Assembly: GCA_963735595.1 (NCBI GenBank) | Contig: CAVTLK010000001.1 | Coordinates: forward strand, 467,796-531,795 | Length of the DNA stretch: 64,000 nucleotides | Direction of reading: 5' to 3' | From: an uncultured delta proteobacterium | GTDB lineage: Bacteria > Desulfobacterota > Zymogenia > Zymogenales > Zymogenaceae | In this document: positions 21,628-33,512 of the stretch, piece by piece | Numbering within the stretch: position 1 is the stretch's first letter | Layout of the letters: each line of letters opens with the position of its first letter | Translations under genes and position numbers: made by a program | The notes under the pieces: generated by a model | Told to the model about the DNA's origin: nothing | Databases searched by the model: none | Seen by the model: the letters and a program-made list of their open reading frames with translations, nothing else

Positions 21628-21719
21628 GAAGTCTACCCCGTAATAGAAAATTAAACGCTATAAAAAATACCTGTAATTGTCAAGTGAAAACGCGGAGCGT
21701 CATTACTTCCGCCGTATCG

Positions 21720-22682
21720 TCATGCGCCCGCGAGGTCTCTCGCCGCCGGGTATCCGGCCGCTGCCGTCGCGCTTCGCACCGCGTCCAACACCGCTTCCTC
21801 CACGGCCTGCGCGGCCAGCGCCCCGCATACGTTTACGTCAACGCTCCCGCCAGTCCCCGCCGAGACGGCAAACAGGGTATCACCGTCCAGCATTGTGTGG
21901 GAAGGGATAACGGCACGGGCTATCCCGTCATGCGCCATACGGGCTATCCGTCCCATGTCCACCTTCGTGTAGCTTCCCGACACCGCCACCACCCCCACGA
22001 CCGTGGCCGATCCCGGCGGCATAAACGGATAGGTTATCTCACGGATGACCTTTCTCGGCCCGGCAAACGATTTCCGATCCCTATCCAGCGTCCCGGCGAC
22101 GACACGGCCCGTTTCCGGGTCAACCACGTCGCCCAGGGCGTTGACGGCGACTATCGCGCCGACCACGATACCTCCGGCGCCGGAGACCACCGCCGAACCG
22201 AGCCCCGATTTCACCGCGTATTCCATCCCGTATAGCTTACCCACCGTCGCCCCCGTTCCCACGCCGACGCACCCGCGATTGGTGTTTTTACCCGCCGATG
22301 CACACGCCCGGTACCCGTCCTCATGGCCGGGCGTTACGACCCCCTTACTGAGCGGTAGGTCAAAAATGACCGCCGCCGGCACGATCGGCACGTTTATATA
22401 CCCGGTCGGTACTCCCCTGCCCTGCTCCTTGAGCCATTTCATGGCGCCGGTTGCCGCGTCCAGGCCGAACGCGCTGCCGCCCGAAAGCACGACGGCGTCG
22501 GCCGTTTCGACGAGGTTAAGCGGATGAAAGACGTCCGTCTCACGGGTCCCCGGCGCCCCGCCGCGCACATCCACGCCGCAGGGCATCGCCTGGGAAAAGA
22601 CGACGGCCGTTACGCCCGTGTGATGCTCCGCGTCGGTAACGTGGCCGACTGAGATCCCCGGTATATCAACGATATGGCCCAT
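21720..22682 (-). CDS. P1/S58 (DmpA-like) peptidase
   Basis: VDVRGGAPGTRET, GGSAFGL, VNALGDV, PSHTMLDGDT. Confidence 0.9.
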   Translation of the reverse strand: MGHIVDIPGISVGHVTDAEHHTGVTAVVFSQAMPCGVDVRGGAPGTRETDVFHPLNLVETADAVVLSGGSAFGLDAATGAMKWLKEQGRGVPTGYINVPIVPAAVIFDLPLSKGVVTPGHEDGYRACASAGKNTNRGCVGVGTGATVGKLYGMEYAVKSGLGSAVVSGAGGIVVGAIVAVNALGDVVDPETGRVVAGTLDRDRKSFAGPRKVIREITYPFMPPGSATVVGVVAVSGSYTKVDMGRIARMAHDGIARAVIPSHTMLDGDTLFAVSAGTGGSVDVNVCGALAAQAVEEAVLDAVRSATAAAGYPAARDLAGA

Positions 22683-22695
22683 CGGCGTTCCCCCG

Positions 22696-24000
22696 TTATT
22701 CCTTTGGACGCCTGTCCACGACCCTCACTGCCTTCCCTTCCGTTGCCGGCAGTGTACCGGCGGCGATGACCGTAACGCGCGGAGTGATCAAGAGTTCGGA
22801 TTTCAAATCGCCAATGATCTTTTTTTCCAGCTCTCGCACCCGAGCGCCCCCCCCGGAAAAGAGGGCGTTGTCCGCCTCTACCTGGACCGTCATGCGGTCT
22901 ATATGGTCCACCGCGTCCAGCTCAATAAGGAAATTGCTCCCCACGCCGTCGCACCGCATCAGCACCTGTTCCACCTGGACGGGGAAGATATTGACCCCCT
23001 TGATGATGAGCATGTCGTCGGTCCGGCCGGTTATCCGGCTGATACGCCGGTGCGTCCTGCCGCAGGGGCACCGCCCGGGCATGAGCCGGACCCGGTCCCG
23101 CGTCCGGTAGCGGATCATCGGCATGGCCTCGCGGTCAAGCGTCGTCAGGACAAGCTCTCCCTCCGCGCCGGGGGCGACCGGCAAGAGCGTAGCCGGGTCG
23201 ATCACCTCGACGAGGTAGCGGTCCTCCCAGATGTGCATCCCGTCTTTTTCGGTGCATTCGAAGGCCACACCCGGCCCACACATTTCGGAGAGCCCGTAGG
23301 AGTTAAATGCGTCAACCCCGTAGAATTCTTCGATCTTTTTCCGAGATTCCTCCGAGTGGGGCTCCGCCCCTATGAACGCGCGGGCCAGTTTCGTGTCTTT
23401 CCGCGGGTCCACTCCCTCCTCGGAGAATATCGAGGCAAGGTGCAACGCGTAGCTCGGGATGATATGCACCGCCGTCGTCCCGTATTCCTTCATCAGCATG
23501 ATCTGCCGCTTGGAGTTGCCGGAGCCGGCCGGGATGACCATAGCGCCGATTTTCTCGGCCCCATAGTGGAACCCGAGGCCGCCGGTAAAGAGCCCGTAGC
23601 CCATCATGTTCTGAAATACGTCGGTATCCCTGAAGCCGGTCATAAAGAGACAGCGGGCCACGAGGTCGGCCCACCGGTCGATATCGTACTTCGTATGGAA
23701 GACCACGACCGGTCTTCCCGTGGTTCCCGAGGATGAGTGCATGCGCACGACCTGCTTGAGCGGAACCGAGAGGAAGTCGGCCGGCTCGTGTTTCCGCAGG
23801 TCGTTCTTATCGATAAACGGGAACTTCTCGATATCGGCCAGGCGCGTAACCGACGCCCCCGACAATCCCGAATCGCCCAAAAGCTTCGAATAAAACGGTG
23901 CACGCAGGGCGCCCGCAACGGTGGCTTTGAGATGCGTTACCGTATGGGATTCGAGATCCCCGGGCCCGATCGTTTCCAGTGCCTCGTTCCAGAATTCCAC
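22696..24000 (-). CDS. paaK: Phenylacetate-CoA ligase family
   Basis: HSSSGTTG, GYGLFTGGLG, YGLSEMCGPGV, RYRTRD, GRTDDMLIIKGVN. GTG start behind GGGAGG. Confidence 0.9.
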   Translation of the reverse strand: MEFWNEALETIGPGDLESHTVTHLKATVAGALRAPFYSKLLGDSGLSGASVTRLADIEKFPFIDKNDLRKHEPADFLSVPLKQVVRMHSSSGTTGRPVVVFHTKYDIDRWADLVARCLFMTGFRDTDVFQNMMGYGLFTGGLGFHYGAEKIGAMVIPAGSGNSKRQIMLMKEYGTTAVHIIPSYALHLASIFSEEGVDPRKDTKLARAFIGAEPHSEESRKKIEEFYGVDAFNSYGLSEMCGPGVAFECTEKDGMHIWEDRYLVEVIDPATLLPVAPGAEGELVLTTLDREAMPMIRYRTRDRVRLMPGRCPCGRTHRRISRITGRTDDMLIIKGVNIFPVQVEQVLMRCDGVGSNFLIELDAVDHIDRMTVQVEADNALFSGGGARVRELEKKIIGDLKSELLITPRVTVIAAGTLPATEGKAVRVVDRRPKE

Positions 24001-24314
24001 AGTCGTCCTCCCGCTGTTCTTCACATACAAATAAGTATGTACCACATTCGGGCAGCCAAGTCAAAAGGATAAGAGAAACGCCGTGCGTCATGTATGCCGC
24101 CCTGCAAGTGCTAACGCGTCTCTACGTGCAGGATTCTCATGTCTGTAACCCGCAACGGCCCGTTCGGCCGCCGTTTTCATATTTGCCCTTGATGCCGAGC
24201 GCATTTGTATGGTAGATTCAGGATGTAAGATACACAGGTGTCAACCGTGGACAATCCCGTTAGACCGTATCCCCTTGCCCGCAATGACCATCCTTCCGCG
24301 AGGCGGTATCTCCA

Positions 24315-25410
24315 ATGAAAAACGGTATATACATCGTCGCCGGGGCCCGCCCGAATTTCGTGAAAATCGCCCCGCTGGTATGGGAATTCAAAAGACGCGG
24401 TTTCACTGACTACCGAATCATCCATACCGGCCAGCACTATGACTATACGATGAGCCAGGTCTTTTTTGATGACCTGGGGCTTGACCAACCGGATTACTTC
24501 CTGAACGTCGGCTCGGGAACGCATTCCTACCAGACGGCCGAAATAATGAAATCGTTCGAAACGATATGCAGCGATAAAACGCCGGAAAGTATCGCCGTCG
24601 TGGGCGACGTCAATTCAACTCTGGCGGCTTCTCTTGTCGGGGCCAAGCTCACGATACCGGTTTCCCATATCGAGGCGGGGCTGAGGAGCTTCGACAGGTC
24701 GATGCCCGAAGAGATCAATCGGATAGTGACGGACCATGTCAGCGACAAGCTGTTCGTAACGGAAGAATCCGGCATCAGAAACCTGAAAAACGAGGGAATA
24801 GAAGAAATAAAGATGTTCTTCGTCGGAAACATAATGATCGATTCACTCGTCAGAGTGCTTCCAACGGTTAAGGCGCGTGCCCACCCGGAAGGGGAATACG
24901 CCCCTCGTGACCCTCCACCGGCCGTCAAACGTCGACAGCAGGGGTCAGCTTCTGCATGTTATCGAGATCCTGGAAAGCGTATCCCGTGAGCTCCCTGTGC
25001 TGTTCTTCGCCCATCCCCGGACGCGCGCCAGGATCACGGAATTCGGGCTGGAAGCAATGTTCCGGTATCAGGAATCTCCGGATGCGGGGTTTACCGAGGG
25101 CATCTATCTCCTGGACCCGGTCGGGTACGTCGAGTTTCTTACCTATACCAGCCATGCTAAGATTGTCCTGACGGACAGCGGCGGCATCCAGGAGGAAACG
25201 ACGTACCTGGGGATTCCGTGTATCACCTTGAGGGACAATACGGAGAGGCCGGTAACGGTAGACGTGGGGACTAACGTTATCGCGGGACTGGATAAAGACC
25301 TTATTATGAGCCATGTCGGGCAGATCATGCAGGGGTCCTATAAGAATGGAAGCATCCCGGAATTATGGGACGGGAAAACGGCATCCAGGATAGCCGATGC
25401 ACTCGTGTAG
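24315..25410 (+). CDS. wecB: UDP-N-acetylglucosamine 2-epimerase, non-hydrolysing (indel near 24900)
   Basis: GARPNFVK, HTGQHYD, HIEAGLRS, MPEEINR, LVTLHRPSN, TDSGGIQEE, WDGK. Confidence 0.93.
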
Positions 25411-25569
25411 GTAATTGAGATTCGCCGGCACGTTTCCTATTTCTCTCGGTACTGTCGTACCTCCCGTAACCCGAAAAATACAACCCGGGCCGACCGATAC
25501 AAACCAGCCTCTGGATACACTAAATAACTGAAAAAAGGACGGATTTCACCCAAAAAAGCACGAAAAGTA

Positions 25570-25597
25570 TTGACAATTTCTATAGATTTACTATACT
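25570..25597 (+). promoter_or_regulatory. Putative sigma70 promoter of the yqeY-mutS2-dnaG-rpoD block
   Basis: TTGACA-16 bp-TATACT. Confidence 0.65.
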
Positions 25598-25630
25598 TAG
25601 TAAGTTTAAGTGACCCAGCAAGAGGAAACC

Positions 25631-26086
25631 ATGCCTTCTCTTAAGGAACAACTGGACGCCGACCTCAAAGAGGCCCAAAAGGCCAGGGATATGATCCGCG
25701 TCAACGTCATAAGGATGCTCAAGACCACCATCAAGAACCGGGAAGTGGAAAAGATCGGAGACCTCACCGATCAGGAGCTTCTCCAGGCCGTCAACGCCCA
25801 GGTCAAGACCCGCCTGGAGGCTATCGAGGGGTTCAAGAAAGGCGGCCGTGACGAGAGCGTGAAAAAAGAGGAGGCCGAACTGGCGATCCTGAAGGCCTAT
25901 CTCCCGGCGCAGCTCTCAAAAGAAGAGATCGTGGCCCTTATCGAAAAAGCGGTTACGGAGACCGAGGCCGCCGGCCCCAGGGACATGGGCAAGGTCATGA
26001 AAGCCCTCATGGACGACGTTACCGGAAAGGCGGACGGAAAGCTCGTCAGCGAGCTGGTAAAAGAGAAACTATCCTCACTGTCATAA
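25631..26086 (+). CDS. yqeY: GatB/YqeY-domain protein
   Basis: SLKEQLDADLKEA, YLPAQLS, DMGKVM, GKADGK. Confidence 0.92.
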   Translation: MPSLKEQLDADLKEAQKARDMIRVNVIRMLKTTIKNREVEKIGDLTDQELLQAVNAQVKTRLEAIEGFKKGGRDESVKKEEAELAILKAYLPAQLSKEEIVALIEKAVTETEAAGPRDMGKVMKALMDDVTGKADGKLVSELVKEKLSSLS

Positions 26087-26187
26087 AACCGTGACAGTTT
26101 CTACTCAGAACTTCTCAATAGACAACGGTGCGTAACCGTCGTCGAACGAACTAATGAGGGGCTTACCCCCCGCCCCTGCCCAAGAAA

Positions 26188-28535
26188 GTGCAGATGGACA
26201 ACCGCACCCTTGAGGTTCTCGAATATCCGAAAATCCTGAAGATCCTCGCGGACTTTGCGTCAACCGTTCCGGGAAGCGAGCGCTGCCTTGCCCTGCTGCC
26301 CCAAACGAACCCCGCGGGTGTCTCCAGAATCCAGGCCGTCGTTAAAGAGATCAGGGAGATCAGCGTAGTCGAGGGAAGGCTTCCCTTTGGAGGGATCTGC
26401 GCGATAGACCACCTGCTGACGCAGCTGGCCGTTCAGGGGGCGTACCTTTCTTCCCACGAGATCCTCGATATCGCCGGCAACCTGTCCGGCCAGCGGAAAC
26501 TGAAATCGTTTCTGACCTCCTTGTCCGAACGATACCCGAAAGCCGCTGAGCTTGTCTCTTCAATTGAGACGATGAAGGACCTCGAATCCCAGATAGAATC
26601 GGCCGTCGGCCCCCAGGGAGAGATCCTGGACGGCGCCAGCGAAAGGCTCCGCGAGATCAGGAAACGAATCAGAAGCGCCCGGGAGGAGCTCAACCGGACG
26701 CTCCTTTCGGTCATGGGATCATCGTCGACCAAGGAGGCCCTGCAGGAATCCATCGTTACCCAGAGAAACGGGCGCTACGTGCTGCCGATCAAGGCCGAGC
26801 ACAAGGGAAAGATCCAGGGCATCGTCCACGACCGGTCCCAATCGAGCCAGACCTTGTTTATCGAGCCGCTGTCCGTCATGGAGAAGAACAACGAGCTCTC
26901 GTCCCACACGAAAGAGGAAAAGGACGAAGAGATCAGGGTCCTCAAACGGATCTCTGGCGAGATCGCTCTGGCAAGGGAGGCCATCGGACGGAACAACCAA
27001 ACCGTCATCGAAATCGACATGCTTGCCGCCCGTGCCCTGTTCGGGGAAGCCCTCGGCGGCCTGTCCGCGGAGATCGACGAGTCCGGAAAAGTCGAGTTCA
27101 GGCAGGCCCGGCACCCGCTCTTGATCCACAGCGGCATCCATAACGGCGCACACGAGTTTTCCGGCCATGTCATCCCGATCGAGATCACCATCGGGTCGGA
27201 TAAGAAGCTGGTCGTCCTCTCGGGCGCCAATACGGGCGGCAAGACCGCCGCCCTGAAAACCCTCGGCCTGCTCTCCCTGATATTCATGACGGGTATCCCG
27301 ATACCCGTCGCCGAGGGGAGCACCGCCGTCGTCTTTTCAGACATCTTTGCCGATATCGGCGACGAACAGGACATAGAGGGCAAGCTCTCTACCTTTTCGG
27401 CCAAGGTGGAACGACTCAAGTATATCCTCTCCGGGGCCGGCAAAGGGTCGCTCGTTCTCATCGACGAGATCATGTCGGCCACCGATCCCGATCAGGGGAG
27501 CGCGCTGGCCATGGCGGCAATGGATTATTTATTGGATAACGGTGCAACAATTCTGATAACGACGCATCTAAATACATTAAAGACCTACGCCCTCAATCGG
27601 GAAGATGCCGTTAACGTATCGGTTACATTCGACGAGATGAGCCGAACGCCCCTGTATATACTCAACTATGGGTCACCGGGGGGTAGTAACGCGATTGCCG
27701 TGGCCCAATCCCTCTCGCTTCCAGCCGAGGTTATCACGAGGGCCAAAGAGAACCTCTCCGATGAATCACGAAAACTCACAAGCCTTATCGCCAAGATCGA
27801 GCGCGACAGACGTATCGTTCAAACGCAGCGGAGGGCCGTCGAAACCCTCAGGAATAACCATCAGTTACTGGCCGACGAGATGGCCAGGCTGGTAACGACG
27901 ATCAACACGAAGCGAAATGAAATCATTGAGTCTTTTCGGCGCGAGGTCAAGGAGATCGCCGGCCGCTACGAGCAGCGCTTCAAGGAGCTCTTCGGCCGTA
28001 TGGAGAACGCCACCGTAAGGCGGGGTGAAATCCACAAGGAATTCTACGATACCAAACGCGCACTTATCGATTCGGTCCCCGAACCCGTCCGCGAGTCGGA
28101 ATCACCCGATGGACTTGCGGTCGGTGACGCGGTGGCGCTGAGGGGAAGTACGGTGATCGGCAGCCTTCGTTTCCCTGTCGGGCGAGCGCGCCGAGGTCGA
28201 GTTCGGGGGCAGAAAGGTCTCGGTGGATATCTCCGAGTTGAAAAAGGAGACGGCCCCGTCTCTGCCCAAGGGCGGCGCCTATCACGAGCAGTATACCGAT
28301 CCGAAAGACGGAGATCAATATCATCGGTCTGACCGTCGAGGATGCCATCCCGGTGGTCGACAAGGCGATAGACAACGCGATTCTCGTGGGGTTGGCCGAG
28401 ATCGAGGTCATCCACGGAAAAGGAACAGGCAGGCTTAAGCGCGGGATCAGGAGCTACCTGACGGGGCACTCCCGTGTGAAGGCGCTCAAGCACGGGGGGC
28501 TCAACGACGGAACGACGACCGTCGAACTGTCGTAG
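26188..28535 (+). CDS. mutS2: MutS2 (indel before the Smr domain)
   Basis: LEVLEYPKI, GIVHD.SQS.QTLFIEP, Walker A GANTGGKT, DIGDEQ; Smr motif IHGKGTG in ORF 28353-28535. Confidence 0.93.
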
Positions 28536-28703
28536 CGGGCGGTGATCGCCACTACCGGCCCGGGCGGGAGCGGCGCGGTATCGAGCCGACCGCTCTATCG
28601 GCAAGAGGAGGAATTCAGGCCGCGCGAGTTGAGACGGTGTGCGTGTTCGCTCAGGAACGGCAGAGGGCTGCCGGGCTAACGGCCCATGGAAGGAAAGAGG
28701 AAC

Positions 28704-30480
28704 GTGGCGGGAAAGATACCCGAGACGGACCATCGACGAGATCAGGGATCGAACGGATATCCTTTCCCTCATCGGCAAGTACGTCACCCTGAAAAAGGCG
28801 GGGCGCAACTTCGTGGGCCTCTGCCCTTTTCACGCGGAAAAGACCCCGTCATTTTCGGTAAATCCCGAAAAGGGGATTTATAAGTGCTTCGGCTGCGGCA
28901 AGGGCGGAAACGCCCTCACCTTCCTCATGGAAGTGGAAGGGATGTCTTTTACCGACGCCGTGCGCGATCTGGGCAACCGGTGCGGAATTCGGGTCCAGAC
29001 GGACTCCCGTACAAAGGAAAAATCCGACGACCGAGCGGCGATGCTCTATGCCGTCAATGAGGATGCCCGCGTCTATTTTACGGAGAACCTCAAGGCACCC
29101 GAGGGAAAGAAAGCGGTCGAGTACCTCAAGAAGCGGGGCCTCGACGGGGCGACTGCCCGCCTCTTTCAGATCGGGTATGCGCCTCCGGGTTGGGACGGCC
29201 TTATCTCCCATATACGTCGCGCGGGGCGCGGCGATTCGCTCCTGGTCGCGGCTGGCCTTGCCGTTGAGGGCGATCGCGGGATCTACGATCGGTTCCGCGA
29301 CCGGATTATCTTTCCCATCCGGGATCACCGCGAGCGCTGCGTCGGCTTTGGCGGCAGGATCATCGGCCCGGGGGAGCCGAAATATCTCAATTCCCCCGAG
29401 ACGCCCGTCTATCACAAGGGTAACGTCCTCTATGGGCTGGACATCACCCGGGAAGAGATCAGGAAGGCGGGACGGGCCGTGGTCGTTGAGGGCTATCTGG
29501 ACCTGATCGCCCTGTTCCAGGCGGGCGTGAGGAACGTCGTCGCGACGCTCGGCACGGCGCTGACCAAAGACCACCTCGATCGACTGGGGAAATATACCCG
29601 GGAGGTCGTGCTCCTCTTTGATCCGGATGAGGCCGGTATGAAGGCCGCAGAGCGAACACTCCCCCTCTTCGGGGAGGGCACCCTTTACGCCAGGGCGGCG
29701 GTCCTGCCGGGCGGCGACGACCCGGATGACTTCGTCCGAAAGAACGGGGCCGCCGCGTTCGAAGAGATCGTCGCCGGCTCGCACGACCTTTTCGATTTCG
29801 CTATCGAGCGGGTCTTTACCCGACACGACCTGGCCACGGCCGGGGGCGTCTCTCACGCCCTCGAGGAGTCGGCCCCTATCGTGGCGATGATACGAAAGAA
29901 GGCCGATCAGGACATATACATCGGCAAGGTGACCGAGCGCCTGGGCATTCGGGAAGAATCGGTCCGGGATGCGGTCTTGCGAGGGGTTAAGAAAGGACGG
30001 CTCCCGGCACCACCGGCAGGCCGACACGGAGGCAACCCCTGCACAATTCAATCCCCCCGCGGTGGAGGCGCGGATCTTCAAGATCGCGGTGAATTTCCCG
30101 CAGATCCTAACGCAGTCGGGGCTAACCGAGCGTCATCTCCGTCTCTTCGAGGAGGATGTCCTCAGGAAACTCGTGGGTGAGATACTCACGATAGCCCGCG
30201 AAGCTAAGATTCCACCGGTCGCGTCCCTCATAGATTCGATAGCGGACGCGGTAACACGGGAGGAGCTTATCGGGCTTTCCTTTCTCGACTATGACGAAAT
30301 TGGAGAAGAATCGGAGATACTCAGGATCGCCGAGGACTGCGTCTGGCGCCTCGAGAAAAAGGAACTTGAAAGGAAGTCAAAGGAGATAAACCTGCAGATA
30401 CGCGAGAATACCTCCGATGAAACGGTCAGACGGAATTATTAAGAAAAAAAACGGACTATACCAAAAACTTAAAGAGGTGA
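28704..30480 (+). CDS. dnaG: DNA primase (indels)
   Basis: CPFHAEKTPSF...CFGC zinc finger, PKYLNSPET, VEGYLD, FDPDEAG. GTG start at 28704; C-terminal piece 29969-30442. Confidence 0.96.
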
Positions 30481-30483
30481 TTC

Positions 30484-32251
30484 ATGGCGAAGAATTCCGG
30501 AATTGATGAGGTCAAGCAGCTCATTAATCTGGGAAAGGAAAAGGGGTTTCTCACTTACGACGAGGTAAACGACCTCCTCCCCCCCGACCTCTACCCCGAT
30601 CAGTTGGACGACATCATGAATATGTTCGGGGAAATGGATATCGACATTGTCGACTCCGCCAAAAAATTCAAGATTACCAACGGGACGACCGAGAGCCCTG
30701 ACCGAAGACGAAGAGCCCGAGGAAACCGAGCAGGAGGAAATCGACTATCTGCCGGGCAGCCTCGGCAAGACCAATGATCCCGTCAGGATGTACCTTCGGG
30801 AGATGGGCTCTATCGCCCTCCTGACACGGGAGGGTGAGGTTGAGATAGCCAAGAGAATCGAAAAAGGCTCGACTGATCAGCCGGGAAATGATTCTGAGCA
30901 CGCCCGTTGCGCTCCGGGAAATATCGGTCCTGTGCGACAAGGTCTCCAAAGACAAGATAAAGATCAAGGATATTCTCAAGGGTCTCAACGATGAGTACTC
31001 CCTCTCCAAGAAAGACGAGAAGGAGCGTAGAGATATCTTCATCTGCGATCGTTTGCCGCATCAAGGAACTGGACGAGGCAATCGCAAACGATCGAAAGGC
31101 CCTGACCGTCTCCGAAGATAAGGAACGGATAAAGAACTCAATAGCCGAATCTCAGGAAGAGATGTCCCGTCTCGTATTGGAGCTTGACCTCGACAAGAAA
31201 CAGATTCATAAGATCTCCTCAAAACTCAAGTCTTTTAAGGACCGGGTGAAAAAGGGAGAACAGGAGATCAAGGATCTTGAGACGAAGACCAAGCTTCCCG
31301 TAAAGGAGCTGAAGAAGCACTTTAAGAAGGCCGAGCGGGGCGATGCACGATTTGCGCAGTGTCGCCAAGTCTCTTCGCGTGTCTCAGGACGACCTCAGGG
31401 AGATGAACCGGGTTCTGAAGAACTCCGCCAGGAAGGTAAAGCGAGCCGAGCAGGAGGCCGAGATGACGGCCCGCCATATTAAGGAGACCGTCAAGAAGAT
31501 CGAGGAAGGCGAGCGTGTCGAGTCGGAGGCCAAGAACGAGCTGGTGAAAGGCAAACCTGAGGCTTGTCGTATCCATCGCCAAGAAGTACACGAATCGGGG
31601 TCTCCAGTTTCTCGATCTCATCCAGGAGGGCAACGTCGGTCTAATGAAGGCGGTCGACAAATTCGAATACCAGCGCGGGATACAAGTTTTCCACGTATGC
31701 CACCTGGTGGATTCGCCAGGCGATTACCCGTGCGATCGCCGATCAGGCGCGCACCATACGCATCCCCGTCCATATGATCGAGACCATCAATAAGCTCATC
31801 CGCACGTCGCGTTATCTTGTTCAGGAAAAGGGACGCGAGCCGACCCCGGAGGAGATAGCCGAGAAAATGGAACTGCCGCTGGACAAGGTACGTAAGGTCC
31901 TGAAGATCGCCAAGGAACCGATTTCTCTGGAGACCCCCATCGGCGAAGAGGAAGACAGCCATCTCGGTGATTTTATCGAAGACAAGAAAATCCTCTCCCC
32001 GTCGGAGGCCATCATCAACGTCAACCTCTCCGAGCAAACCCGAAAGGTCCTTTCCACCCTTACCCCGCGCGAGGAAAAGGTGCTTGAGAAAACGGTTTGG
32101 GATCGGCGAGAAGTCCGATCATACCCTTGAGGAAGTCGGGCAGGATTTCGATGTTACCCGGGAGCGAATCAGGCAGATCGAGGCAAAGGCGCTGCGCAAG
32201 CTCAGGCACCCATCCCGCAGCAAGAAGCTCAAGAGCTTCATTGAGGGATGA
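30484..32251 (+). CDS. rpoD: Primary sigma factor RpoD (several indels)
   Basis: [69 protein letters not shown]. Confidence 0.97.
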
Positions 32252-32354
32252 GGCACCTCTGGTCGCGCTTTATGCCGGTATCAACCCGGGCGCCCGATCG
32301 GACTGACTTTACGGAGAAATTGGTAATAACTGCGAGATATCAGGAGCTTTTTCC

Positions 32355-32383
32355 TTGACTATTTCGCGTGTTTTAGGTAGTAT
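32355..32383 (+). promoter_or_regulatory. Putative sigma70 promoter of the tRNA
   Basis: TTGACT-17 bp-TAGTAT, 20 bp before the tRNA. Confidence 0.65.
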
Positions 32384-32402
32384 ATCTAATTAAATATTTT
32401 CC

Positions 32403-32478
32403 GGGCCCATAGCTCAGTTGGCAGAGCCACCGGCTCATAACCGGACGGTCCCAGGTTCGAATCCTGGTGGGCCCACCA
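32403..32478 (+). tRNA. tRNA with CAU anticodon, probably tRNA-Ile2 (lysidine)
   Basis: GGGCCCA/TGGGCCC acceptor stem, CTCATAA anticodon loop, GGTTCGAATCC, encoded CCA. The G1-C72 pair excludes an initiator tRNA; the position after rpoD is typical of Ile2. Confidence 0.95.
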
Positions 32479-32571
32479 TACGACAGGGACAACGGGCGGC
32501 GTTGGATACCAAACAGATAAGGGATAGAAGCTATACTTCAGAAGCGACGGTCAATCCGACCGTTTGAGGAG

Positions 32572-32597
32572 AGGTGCCGAACAGGCACCTTTTTTTT
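32572..32597 (+). terminator. Intrinsic terminator after the tRNA
   Basis: AGGTGCC-GAACA-GGCACCT followed by a T run. Confidence 0.8.
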
Positions 32598-32601
32598 GAC
32601 C

Positions 32602-33439
32602 ATGGCCCCTTCGGTCACCGACATCATCGACTTGATCCAGATCATTGCTCCCACCTACCTGGCCGAACCGTGGGATAACTGCGGTCTCCAGGTCGGCAAT
32701 CCCGACGCTCAGGTAAAAAAAATCGCCGTTGCCCTGGACCCCGATGAGCCGACGATCCTTTCGGCCGCAAAAAGCGCGGTCGATCTCCTTATTACCCATC
32801 ACCCCCTTATATTCCAGCGTCTTTCTTCTATCGATGTCAGAGCCGGCACAGGCAGGGCAGTGGCCGCAGCCCTCAGCGCGGGCATTTCGGTTTATTCGGC
32901 CCACACAAATCTCGATCATGTCCCCGAGGGAACGAGCTTCGCGATGGCCCAGAAACTTTCCCTCATCAATCCGGACCCCCTGCCCTGGCCCGGTCTCGGC
33001 CGCCCACAGCAGGCCGTATCAACCGACCATACCGATGGCCCCGGACGGAATCGTCTATATCGGCGACCTCCCTTCAAGAATGAAACTCATCGACCTTGCT
33101 AGATTCGTACAGGAATCCCTCGACGCCCCCCTGATACGCTATGTCGGCGATCGGCAGTGCTCCGTCTTCCGGGCGGCCGTTTGCGCGGGAAGCGGAGGCG
33201 ATTTCGTCGCAACGGCACGCTCGCTGGGCGCTGATGTCCTGATCACCGGGGAGGTCAGGTATCACGCGGCCGTATCGGCGGTAGAGTCGGGCATTGCGCT
33301 GATTGAGGTCGGGCATTTCTGGTCAGAGCTTCCCGTTATATCTGAGGTGGCGCGTAGTATCGAAGAACAATTACTCATAAGGAAATGGTCCGTCGGCGTC
33401 ATGACTATCCAGGGACGGGACCCGTTCTCGTATGTATAG
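32602..33439 (+). CDS. Nif3-like dinuclear metal-centre protein (indel)
   Basis: AEPWDNCGLQVG, LITHHPL, SAHTNLD, CAGSGG, ITGEVRYH, GHFWSE. Confidence 0.92.
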
Positions 33440-33512
33440 CACACGAAGCATCACTATAGAACTGTTTCCGATCCGCCCTATAGCCGGATCCATCAAGTAA
33501 TGGAGGAGAAGC

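Noticed and set aside
26077-26098. Inverted repeat ACTGTCA...TGACAGT at the yqeY stop
   Set aside because: Most simply a weak terminator or stability hairpin; nothing supports more.
28536-28703. Several GC hairpins between mutS2 and dnaG
   Set aside because: Short stems expected at this GC content; no known RNA motif recognised.
32403-32600. tRNA as an island integration site
   Set aside because: No integrase, no duplicated tRNA 3' end seen, and the conserved nif3 gene follows directly.
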